Source of the DNA: Gammaproteobacteria bacterium
GTDB lineage: Bacteria > Pseudomonadota > Gammaproteobacteria > Arenicellales > JAJDZL01
NCBI GenBank assembly: GCA_022823405.1
Contig: JAJDXD010000116.1
Span: 281 to 64,280 of the forward strand
Direction: 5' to 3'
Length of the DNA: 64,000 bases
Shown here piece by piece: positions 18,858 through 27,394 of this stretch (position 1 is the first letter of the stretch; each line of letters opens with the position of its first letter). A program made the position numbers and the translations under genes. Below the pieces are notes generated by a model that saw only the letters and a program-made list of their open reading frames with translations, searched no databases and had not been told where the DNA came from.

Positions 18858-19367
18858 CTATCTGCTCGCAGGTGGACCGGTCGGATTAGCGAGCCCTTCA
18901 ACGATTTCAGAATTGGAAATGGATTCGAATAGTTTCGGTGTGGTAATAACCTTCCATGACCGACTGCCGCCACCCAGAATAATCTGCTGACGCGCCATGA
19001 CTGCGCTGTCTACCCAGAGTGGCAGTGTGTCAGGAAGTCCGACTGGGGTAACACCGCCAACCGTCATTCCAGTTAACGCCATCGTTTCCTCTGCACCTGC
19101 AAAGGAAACTCTTCGAGCACCCAGTTTTTTCCGAATTGTGCGATTCACATCCAAGCGGCAGGTGGCAAGCACAACACAAGCGGCATATTTTGCTTCACCA
19201 GTCTTGGACTTAACCAAAATGGTATTGGCACAATCTTCAAGTGAATAATTGTAGTGCTTGACGAAAATCTGGGTGTCAGCCAAATCAGGATCACAGGCAA
19301 TGATTTCGTAATGCAATCCCAGGGCATCGAGTTCCCTGATCAGTGTATTTTTTTCTTGATCAGACAT
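18858..19367 (-). CDS. YbaK/aminoacyl-tRNA synthetase-associated (trans-editing deacylase) domain protein
   Basis: TGMTVGGVTPVGL and IILGGGS motifs. I prefer the start at MSDQEKN (ATG 19367); the ORF track start at 19388 would overlap lgt by 29 nt. Confidence 0.7.
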   Translation of the reverse strand: MSDQEKNTLIRELDALGLHYEIIACDPDLADTQIFVKHYNYSLEDCANTILVKSKTGEAKYAACVVLATCRLDVNRTIRKKLGARRVSFAGAEETMALTGMTVGGVTPVGLPDTLPLWVDSAVMARQQIILGGGSRSWKVITTPKLFESISNSEIVEGLANPTGPPASR

Positions 19368-20151
19368 TTTGTTCTTTACGTTTCGCATACATTAATAGTG
19401 CAATTCCAGCCACAATGACTGGAACCGAGAGAAGGTGCCCCATCGTAACCCAGTTGAAGAATATAAATCCAAGATCGGCATCCGGTTCTCGAAAAAACTC
19501 AACAAATATTCGAAACGTACCGTAGCCAATCAGAAATACTCCCGACACAGCCCCAGTTGCTCTGGGATTTGCAGAATAAATCCATAGAATCAGGAATAAC
19601 GCAACCCCTTCTAATGCTGCCTCATATAGCTGGGATGGGTGTCTTGCCAGTTGAGACGGATCGACAGGGAAAACGACTCCCCAGGCGAGTTCGGTTGGAC
19701 GGCCCCAAAGTTCCTGATTGACAAAATTAGTAACGCGACCAAAAAACAGACCAACTGCGCAAAATGGAGCCAAAAAATCCGTCAGTTTCAATAGAGGGAT
19801 CGACAGTTTTCTCGCGAATGCCCAAACACCTCCAATTGCACCAAGCAGGCCGCCATGAAATGACATGCCGCCTTCCCAGACTTTCAAAATTGCAATTGGA
19901 TTGGCGATGTATTCCCAGAACTGATAGAAAAATACAAATCCCAGCCGCCCGCCAATGATTGCGCCGAGTGCGCAGTACAGCACCAGGTCAAGAACCATCG
20001 GGCGCGGTATCGGCGAATGAGGCTGCCGTGCTCGAATGCGCCCTAGGACAATCGCACTAACAATTCCAATTAAATATGCCAGTCCATACCAGTGAATGGC
20101 CAAAGGACCAAGATGCAGCGCGACGGGGTCAAAATCTGGTAAGACAATCAT
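19360..20151 (-). CDS. lgt: Prolipoprotein diacylglyceryl transferase
   Basis: LAIHWYGLAYLIG, GGRLG, HGGLLG and FGRVTNFVNQELWGRPT motifs. Length 263 aa. Confidence 0.9.
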   Translation of the reverse strand: MIVLPDFDPVALHLGPLAIHWYGLAYLIGIVSAIVLGRIRARQPHSPIPRPMVLDLVLYCALGAIIGGRLGFVFFYQFWEYIANPIAILKVWEGGMSFHGGLLGAIGGVWAFARKLSIPLLKLTDFLAPFCAVGLFFGRVTNFVNQELWGRPTELAWGVVFPVDPSQLARHPSQLYEAALEGVALFLILWIYSANPRATGAVSGVFLIGYGTFRIFVEFFREPDADLGFIFFNWVTMGHLLSVPVIVAGIALLMYAKRKEQNV

Positions 20152-20392
20152 CTATCAATTCAATCATTTAGAACTAAGAAATACCTGGTGTTATTGAAAC
20201 TTGAGTATCCAGCTTGATTCGGTTATTCATCTGGACAACCAAAGCACCGCAAAATCAGTCGTTAACATAAAATTTAGACAGTGGGACGAAATTGGCAAAT
20301 TCAAGCAGCCAAACCACCCGAATATTTTAAGCATACTGAGAACTGACAACAGCATCGGAAACACCGGCATCTCGAGTGACTGAGACTTCTCC

Positions 20393-22474
20393 ATGACCGA
20401 AAACACCAATCGGCTGATCAACGAAACCAGCCCCTACCTGCTTCAACACGCCCATAACCCCGTTGATTGGTATGCCTGGAATGAGGAAGCTCTTGAACGG
20501 GCTCGAAGCGAAGACCTGCCTATTTTGCTGTCGATTGGCTATTCTGCCTGTCACTGGTGTCACGTCATGGAACGCGAATCATTTGAAAGCGAAGAAATTG
20601 CCAAGATCATGAACAGCAATTACGTTTGCATCAAAGTTGACCGAGAAGAGCGTCCTGACCTCGACAAGGTGTACCAGAGTGCTCATCAACTCTTCAACAA
20701 AAGGGGCGGTGGCTGGCCACTCACTGCGATACTGACACCGGATGAATTGATTCCCCTTCATGTCGGTACATACTATCCTCCCCAACCGCGACACGGTATG
20801 CCGGGTTTCGGTGAACTGCTAACCAGAATTGCTGAAGTATACAAGGAAAAAGATCGATTCCTCCCGGAGCACACAGTCGCGGTAAAAGACGCCTTTACCC
20901 GGCTTTCTGCAACCAGCCCAAACGCTGAGTCGTCACTCGACGGAGAGTTGATGCAACGGGCTGTAGATCACCTGATCAGTGACTATGATCCAGTCTTTGG
21001 CGGGTTTGGTGAAGCGCCCAAATTTCCGCACCCAACCCAAATCGAAATTCTGTTAGGCTATTGGCAGCGAACAAATCACTCTGACTCGTACGCTGAAAAT
21101 CGATCAATTGGCATGGCGGTCCACACTTTGGAAGCGATGGCCAACGGTGGCATGTACGACCAGCTAGGTGGAGGGTTTTATCGATATTCAGTCGATGCCA
21201 GGTGGGAAATCCCGCACTTCGAAAAAATGCTCTACGACACAGCTCAGCTGATGCCCCTTTACGTTGATGCAGGATTTTTGGCCGGACGTAAAGACTTCCA
21301 CGAAGTCGTCATTCAGTCGGGGGAATGGGTGATGAGGGAAATGCAATCCTCTGATGGTGGCTATTACAGTGCCATTGATGCTGACTCTGAAGGTGAGGAA
21401 GGAAAGTTCTACGTTTGGACTTTGGATGAGCTGAATTCCCTTTTAAGTAGAGAGGAACTGGATGCCCTGACGGTTCGCTATGGTTTGCGCGGTGCACCCA
21501 ATTTCGAAGGTAAGTGGCACCTTCAAATTGTGAACTCAATTGCTGATGTTGCACATCGTGTAAGCCGTGAAGAGAATGAGGTCATTCAACTGCTTGAGCA
21601 GGCAAAACAAAAATTGTTCAATACTCGCAGTGAGAGAGTCCCACCCTTTTGCGACGACAAGGTCCTCTCCTCCTGGAACGGGCTGATGATTAAGGCGATG
21701 GCCAGAGCAGGGCGATTTCTCAAGCGCAGCGATTTTGTTGATTCGGCCGAGCGCGCATTGAACTTCATTCAGAACAATATGTGGCAGAATGATCGGCTAC
21801 TTGCAACGGCCCGAGATGGTCGAGCTCACCTCAATGCATACTTAGATGACTACGCATTTGTCGCTGATGGAGCAATCGAATTGCTGCAGGCGCGCTGGAG
21901 TGACACCTATCTTGACTTTGCTGAGCAGTTGGTTAAATTACTTTTGACCCACTTTAAAGATCCAGACACCGGTGCGTTTTTCTTCACTTCAGATGATCAT
22001 GAAAAACTGCTGTATCGCGCCTTGCCCACCCACGATGATGCCACCCCTTCGGGTAATGGCGTTGCCGCGCAGGTGCTGCTTAAGCTGAGTTATCTAACAG
22101 GTGAGCAACACTACCGTGAATGCGCAATCCGCATCAATCAGACGTTACAAAACTCCGCCCATCAGATTCCTGCCGCATTCGGCTCCAGTCTCATTGCAAT
22201 CGAAGAATCCATCGCGCCTAGCCCAACATTGGTCATTCATGGCAATTCCGAGGAAGCGAAATCATGGGTTGAAGCCAGTATTGAGACAGGTTCGCAAAGG
22301 CTCAGCACTTATTCAGTGCCGATTTCTGCAAAGCGAGTTCCAGCAACAATTCCAGCAACCCTGTCCGATTCATCAGATCAGGTCGCCTACTTGTGCGAGG
22401 GCTTTACCTGTTCGCCTCCTTGCCGTGAACGAAAAGAACTGCTTAATCTGCTTCCCGTTCGTAAAACTCGTTAG
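20393..22474 (+). CDS. Thioredoxin-domain protein, YyaL/DUF255 family (N-acylglucosamine 2-epimerase-like C-terminus)
   Basis: [22 protein letters not shown] and [14 protein letters not shown] motifs. Length 693 aa. Confidence 0.85.
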   Translation: MTENTNRLINETSPYLLQHAHNPVDWYAWNEEALERARSEDLPILLSIGYSACHWCHVMERESFESEEIAKIMNSNYVCIKVDREERPDLDKVYQSAHQLFNKRGGGWPLTAILTPDELIPLHVGTYYPPQPRHGMPGFGELLTRIAEVYKEKDRFLPEHTVAVKDAFTRLSATSPNAESSLDGELMQRAVDHLISDYDPVFGGFGEAPKFPHPTQIEILLGYWQRTNHSDSYAENRSIGMAVHTLEAMANGGMYDQLGGGFYRYSVDARWEIPHFEKMLYDTAQLMPLYVDAGFLAGRKDFHEVVIQSGEWVMREMQSSDGGYYSAIDADSEGEEGKFYVWTLDELNSLLSREELDALTVRYGLRGAPNFEGKWHLQIVNSIADVAHRVSREENEVIQLLEQAKQKLFNTRSERVPPFCDDKVLSSWNGLMIKAMARAGRFLKRSDFVDSAERALNFIQNNMWQNDRLLATARDGRAHLNAYLDDYAFVADGAIELLQARWSDTYLDFAEQLVKLLLTHFKDPDTGAFFFTSDDHEKLLYRALPTHDDATPSGNGVAAQVLLKLSYLTGEQHYRECAIRINQTLQNSAHQIPAAFGSSLIAIEESIAPSPTLVIHGNSEEAKSWVEASIETGSQRLSTYSVPISAKRVPATIPATLSDSSDQVAYLCEGFTCSPPCRERKELLNLLPVRKTR

Positions 22475-22636
22475 CGAATCACCACAACCCTAGGCATTGC
22501 ACTCAATTCGTCCGGGGTTTCGCAATTTTCCAAAGCGGTATCATTCCTGTGACACCGTCTTTCGGCTGATTTGGCAAACGCTGCCTGAGCTTCCAGGCGG
22601 TGGAGTCGTATCGCCTTCCTTTCCCCACGCAAGAAT

Positions 22637-23806
22637 TTACCGTCTTGCAAATCTTGCCCGGTAAATTGCCAATATCAAGAATGCAACAACCGCAGTAACC
22701 AAGACATATACGAATCCGTCGGGTCCCCAGGCGGTCATGCCCACGCCACCTAACCCCGGCGCAATTGTACCTGAAACGCCCCACATCAATCCGAATGCGG
22801 CATTTCCAGCCGCCAGCTGAGCACCACGAAATCGGGAGCCCATAATTGTAAGCGCAACAGTGTAGATCGCTGCGATTGCACCACCCCAGATAAACATCAC
22901 TATCCACAGCATAATCTTCGTTTGAATGATGAACGGTAGTGAGACCGCTCCAACCAGAATCAACAGTGCACAGAGAAACAATAGCAGATTGCGATTCATG
23001 TTGTCGGCAAGCCTCCCTACCAGAGGCTGTGCGGCCATTGAACCGACCGCTGCTACTGTCAGTATTAATGCTGCCGAGGCCTCGGTCAAGCCATTGCGTA
23101 GTGCATACACCGGTAGCAACGTCACCACCAAAGACTCCTCAAACGCCATCAATGCTGTGGCACCAACCAGCGTTGGTGCCAATAAACAGAACATGAGCAC
23201 GTGGGACGCCTTCCCACCGGAAAAGTCGGGGGTTGAACCACGTGTCCATCGAAGTGGCAACAACCCGGCTCCAATGATGACAAGTGCGACAATGAACGGC
23301 AGATTCCCCTGAGCGCCAAGAAATACGATAAACAGCGGTGAAATGCCCAACGTAGCGCTGAAGACGAACGTGTAAAGGCCCATGACGCGTCCACGGTAAT
23401 GGTCTTCTGCAACTTCATTGATCCAGGTTTCACTAACAACAAACAAAATAGTCCCGGCAACGCCCATCATGAAGCGAGAAACGAACCAAATGTAAATGTT
23501 CTCGAAGAAGATCATCAAGCAAATAAAGAAAATGTCCGAGCAAATGGAGATAAACACCCATCGTCGAACATCCATGAATTTCATGATGAATGGAATCATA
23601 GGAGAAACAATAATGGACGCCAGAAATGGCAACGCACCCATCAAGCCAATCAGTGAGGACGAATATCCACGAAGCTCCATATTCAGGCTGATGAGTGGGT
23701 AAAAGAACCCGACTGTCAAACCATAAATGGACAGTATGCTGATGACCGCCAGCAGGACCCGTCTGCGCTCAGGGTCTGGAATTAATCCGCGCAGAAAGTA
23801 GTTCAC
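22637..23806 (-). CDS. MFS transporter
   Basis: About 12 hydrophobic segments. Length 389 aa. Overlaps the upstream GGT-family gene by 4 nt, suggesting an operon. Confidence 0.7.
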   Translation of the reverse strand: MNYFLRGLIPDPERRRVLLAVISILSIYGLTVGFFYPLISLNMELRGYSSSLIGLMGALPFLASIIVSPMIPFIMKFMDVRRWVFISICSDIFFICLMIFFENIYIWFVSRFMMGVAGTILFVVSETWINEVAEDHYRGRVMGLYTFVFSATLGISPLFIVFLGAQGNLPFIVALVIIGAGLLPLRWTRGSTPDFSGGKASHVLMFCLLAPTLVGATALMAFEESLVVTLLPVYALRNGLTEASAALILTVAAVGSMAAQPLVGRLADNMNRNLLLFLCALLILVGAVSLPFIIQTKIMLWIVMFIWGGAIAAIYTVALTIMGSRFRGAQLAAGNAAFGLMWGVSGTIAPGLGGVGMTAWGPDGFVYVLVTAVVAFLILAIYRARFARR

Positions 23807-25323
23807 GCGACTTCGACCCAGACTCCACCACGGCGCGTATCGCCAAAGCCTTCTACAGTCCGAGCCAGTTGCCGCGCTGTATGCGCACCGCCGAAGAAAA
23901 CATTGTTTGTTCCGAATGTAGTCGCATCGCCATAGCGACTGAGAATGTCAGGTAGTTCCGGATTACCAAACAGATTCTCCGCGTAAGCTGCATTCTTGTG
24001 GTAGTGAAGCCGCGGCGCCTGAACCGCATCCTGGACGCTCATGCCATAATCCAAAAGATTGATCAGCACTTGCTTGACTACACCAGGGATACGGTTGGAC
24101 CCACCGGTCCCAATCACAATCTGAGAACCCTTGTCGTCAATTGCCACCGTTGGGGACATCAATGAACTTAGGCGCCTGGCGAGCGGCCACTGAGTGAGGC
24201 CGTAGGGATTGACATCATGCTCACCCATCATGTTATTCATCATTACGGATGTGCCGGGAATCACGGTGCCGCAGCCTTCTCCGTTGCTGACTGATACGGC
24301 CACTGCATTGCGTTCTCGATCGATAATCGAAATGTGAGTGGTGCCGTTTGGCGACAGCCACTCCTGATTGGCTTGGTAAATTTGCAAAAGCCCGGAATCA
24401 AACCCAACGTCCGGACTCGGTGAAGCATTCTCTTCGAGCTGTGCACACTGGACAAATGACTCCATAACCGTACTCAAATGTTCCGAAGACCCGAATCGAT
24501 ACTGTGCGAGATTACGCGACGATAGCTGACTCATCGCAAGACCAATCGTAATCCCACCACTTGAAGGTGGCGGATTCAAAAGCAGGGTGTGATTCTTGTA
24601 GCGCACCTTAAGTGGTTTTCTAAGTTCAACGCGGTAGTTGGCCAGGTCATCGTAAGTTACCTGCCCGCCCTCAAGGCTTACTTCATGGATCGACTTAGCA
24701 ATCTCACCGCGGTAGAACAATGCTTCACCTTCAATCGCCAGCGTTTCGAGCAAGTCATCGTAATTTGGAAAAAAAGTAGTTTCACCTTTCTGCACCGTGT
24801 GCCCAGGCTTTTGCTTGCTTTCAAAAATTGACCGTGCGTCTCCAGAAAGATAAATTGGTGTCAAAATGCCCAGTACATACGCCTGCATCTCATTGATTTC
24901 AATGCCCTCTTTTAGAATTCCAAGTGCCGGCTCAATTAAGGCACTCATAGGCATTTTTGAATAGCGTGAGGCCACTTCGAAGATGCCTTTCACGTAGCCC
25001 GGCACCGCACAGGTGCCGGAACCAATGATGAACTCCTGTTGTGCGTCTCCAAAATCGCAAATGAATTTTTCGGTTTTGACGTCTTCGATGGGCTTTCGTC
25101 GGCGCGGAGTCTGTACAAAAAAATCAAAAAGAACGGGTTGACCGGATCTTGGACTCGCCATCAAAAACCCGCCACCGCCTAAAGATGCAAGAGCTGGTTC
25201 AGTCACACAGACAGAAAACAGCGCAGCGATAGCCGCGTCAAATGCATTACCGCCCGCGGATAAAATTTGAGCAGCAGCGGCTGCCGTTTGAGGATGCCCA
25301 GCAGTTACAATTCCTTTACTCAT
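23803..25323 (-). CDS. Gamma-glutamyltransferase family protein
   Basis: The N-terminal region reads AAAQILSAGGNAFDAA. The nucleophile region is NGTTHISIIDRERNAVAVSVS. A GGSNRIP motif is also present. Length 506 aa. Confidence 0.8.
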   Translation of the reverse strand: MSKGIVTAGHPQTAAAAAQILSAGGNAFDAAIAALFSVCVTEPALASLGGGGFLMASPRSGQPVLFDFFVQTPRRRKPIEDVKTEKFICDFGDAQQEFIIGSGTCAVPGYVKGIFEVASRYSKMPMSALIEPALGILKEGIEINEMQAYVLGILTPIYLSGDARSIFESKQKPGHTVQKGETTFFPNYDDLLETLAIEGEALFYRGEIAKSIHEVSLEGGQVTYDDLANYRVELRKPLKVRYKNHTLLLNPPPSSGGITIGLAMSQLSSRNLAQYRFGSSEHLSTVMESFVQCAQLEENASPSPDVGFDSGLLQIYQANQEWLSPNGTTHISIIDRERNAVAVSVSNGEGCGTVIPGTSVMMNNMMGEHDVNPYGLTQWPLARRLSSLMSPTVAIDDKGSQIVIGTGGSNRIPGVVKQVLINLLDYGMSVQDAVQAPRLHYHKNAAYAENLFGNPELPDILSRYGDATTFGTNNVFFGGAHTARQLARTVEGFGDTRRGGVWVEVA

Positions 25324-25429
25324 CGACGGTGTCCCGGAGCAGGCATACAGTATTCGCCTCGCTCATTCATTAGATAATTGACACAACTGCTCATACGAAC
25401 ACTTTAAGCACGAAAGGAAGTCAGAAGAA

Positions 25430-26680
25430 ATGTTTGAACACATAAGAATACCGGAAAGCGGTGAAAAAATAACAATAAAAGACGGTAGCTTACGCGTACC
25501 GGACAATCCGATTATTGGTTATGTAGAAGGGGACGGTATTGGCCCCGATATCACCCGTGCATCAATGCGGGTTTGGAACTCAGCAGTGGAACTCGCGTAT
25601 GGCGGAAACAAGAAAATTCACTGGTGCGAACTGTACATGGGTGAGAAAGCCGGCAGTCTTTATGATGGCGATTATTTTCCAGACGAATCTCTTCAGGCAA
25701 TCAAGGAACTCACTGTCGCAATCAAAGGGCCACTTTCGACGCCAGTTGGGGGTGGATTCAGATCATTGAATGTTTCACTACGCCAGGCACTGGATCTGTA
25801 CGCGTGTATTCGCCCAGTCAAATACTACAGTGGTGTCCCGTCCCCGCTGAAACGTCCGCAGGAAGTGGATGTGGTTATATTTCGCGAGAACACGGAAGAT
25901 GTTTATTCAGGCATTGAGTTTTCTTCAGGCTCTCCAGAAAACGAAAAGCTCGCAAAATTTCTACGCGAGGAAATGCATGTGAATTTTGAGACTGGTGCTG
26001 GTTTAGGGATCAAACCAGTTAGCGAATTTCGTACCAAGCGACTGGTTAGAAAAGCCATTCAGTATGCCATTGACGGCGGCCGCGAGAGCGTAACGCTGGT
26101 GCACAAGGGCAACATCATGAAGTTCACTGAAGGTGCATTCCGTGCCTGGGGTTATGAACTCGCAAAGGAAGAGTTTGCTGACTCGACCATTTCCGAAGAT
26201 GACCTTTGGGATCAGTTCGACGGTGTGCGACCACATGGCCGGGTCGTGATCAAAGACCGTATTGCTGACATCATGTTCCAGTTGTTGCAGCTTCGACCAG
26301 CCGAGTTTGATGTGATTGCCACGACCAACCTGAATGGTGATTACCTTTCAGATGCTGCTGCAGCTGAAGTCGGCGGCATTGGGATCGCACCCGGTGCCAA
26401 TGTAGCGGACCACGTCGCTGTTTTTGAAGCAACTCACGGCACCGCACCCAAGTACGCTAACCAGAACAAAGTCAATCCGTCCTCGCTATTGCTGTCAGGC
26501 GTTATGATGCTTGAATACCTAAACTGGCAGGAAGCTGCAGACCTGATCAACCGCGCCTATCCCGAAGTGATAGGCCAAGGCATCGTAACCTACGATTTTG
26601 CGCGGCTGACGGAGGGGGCAACGGAAGTTTCCACCAGCGGCTTTGCAGACGCGCTGATCAAACAAATGGAAAGTCTCTGA
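25430..26680 (+). CDS. icd: NADP-dependent isocitrate dehydrogenase
   Basis: Homodimeric Icd type of 416 aa, with [27 protein letters not shown] and [10 protein letters not shown] motifs. Confidence 0.92.
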   Translation: MFEHIRIPESGEKITIKDGSLRVPDNPIIGYVEGDGIGPDITRASMRVWNSAVELAYGGNKKIHWCELYMGEKAGSLYDGDYFPDESLQAIKELTVAIKGPLSTPVGGGFRSLNVSLRQALDLYACIRPVKYYSGVPSPLKRPQEVDVVIFRENTEDVYSGIEFSSGSPENEKLAKFLREEMHVNFETGAGLGIKPVSEFRTKRLVRKAIQYAIDGGRESVTLVHKGNIMKFTEGAFRAWGYELAKEEFADSTISEDDLWDQFDGVRPHGRVVIKDRIADIMFQLLQLRPAEFDVIATTNLNGDYLSDAAAAEVGGIGIAPGANVADHVAVFEATHGTAPKYANQNKVNPSSLLLSGVMMLEYLNWQEAADLINRAYPEVIGQGIVTYDFARLTEGATEVSTSGFADALIKQMESL

Positions 26681-26705
26681 CTCATCCAGATTGATATCAG
26701 AATTT

Positions 26706-26738
26706 CAGTCCCGGCGGTGCTGTCGGGACTGGATTTTT
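26706..26738 (+). terminator. Rho-independent terminator of icd
   Basis: 8-bp stem CAGTCCCG/CGGGACTG with a 10-nt loop, followed by GATTTTT. It starts 26 nt after the icd stop. Confidence 0.6.
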
Positions 26739-26741
26739 GAG

Positions 26742-27389
26742 TCAAGTGCTGTCAGCGCGAAACTTCGGACTCGCAGCCTGCCACAGGTACCAGCTTGCTA
26801 CACTACGAAACGGTTTCCAGCACTCGCCGCGCTCCAACAACTCATTCGGTGTTGGCAGCTCTCCAGTTTCGTATGCGACAGAAAAACCGCGTCTCACCCC
26901 AAGGTCTGTCGCAGGAAGAATGTCCGGGCGCCCCAGATTGAAGATCAATAGCATCTCAACTGTCCACGGGCCGATGCCACGAACAGTTGAAAACGTCTTA
27001 ATGATTTCCTCGCTGGACATCCGGACGATGTCCTTTGGCGCTGGCAAAAGATTTTCACTGGTTTTGTCTGCGAGGTCTTTTACTGCACGAATTTTTGACC
27101 AGGAAAGTCCACAGGAGCGCAACTGATCGTCGGCAGTTTGCAGGAGCGCTGTGGGTGTCGGAAAGTTACTGTCGAATAACCCCAATACGCGATTCAGAAT
27201 GCTGGCTGCCGCGTGGCCCGATAACTGCTGGTAAACGATAGAGCGCAAAAGTGCCTGGAAGGGATCAAGGTCTGCTCTGTAGTCTAGACCACATTCACCA
27301 ACCTCCGCTGTCAGTTCAGCCATAACAGGGTCAGCGTCACCCAGATGCTGTACTGCCGCAACAGGGTCATAAGGCAGACAATTCAACAT
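26742..27389 (-). CDS. DNA-3-methyladenine glycosylase II-like (HhH-GPD, AlkA family)
   Basis: HhH-GPD motif region VRGIGPWTVEMLLIF...PATDLGVRRG. Length 215 aa. Confidence 0.8.
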   Translation of the reverse strand: MLNCLPYDPVAAVQHLGDADPVMAELTAEVGECGLDYRADLDPFQALLRSIVYQQLSGHAAASILNRVLGLFDSNFPTPTALLQTADDQLRSCGLSWSKIRAVKDLADKTSENLLPAPKDIVRMSSEEIIKTFSTVRGIGPWTVEMLLIFNLGRPDILPATDLGVRRGFSVAYETGELPTPNELLERGECWKPFRSVASWYLWQAASPKFRADST

Positions 27390-27394
27390 TGTCT

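Noticed and set aside
22503-22907. A 134-aa minus-strand ORF, together with several 60-130-aa ORFs (22926-23702) around the MFS gene
   Set aside because: These are alternative-frame or antisense ORFs inside the 389-aa MFS transporter gene.
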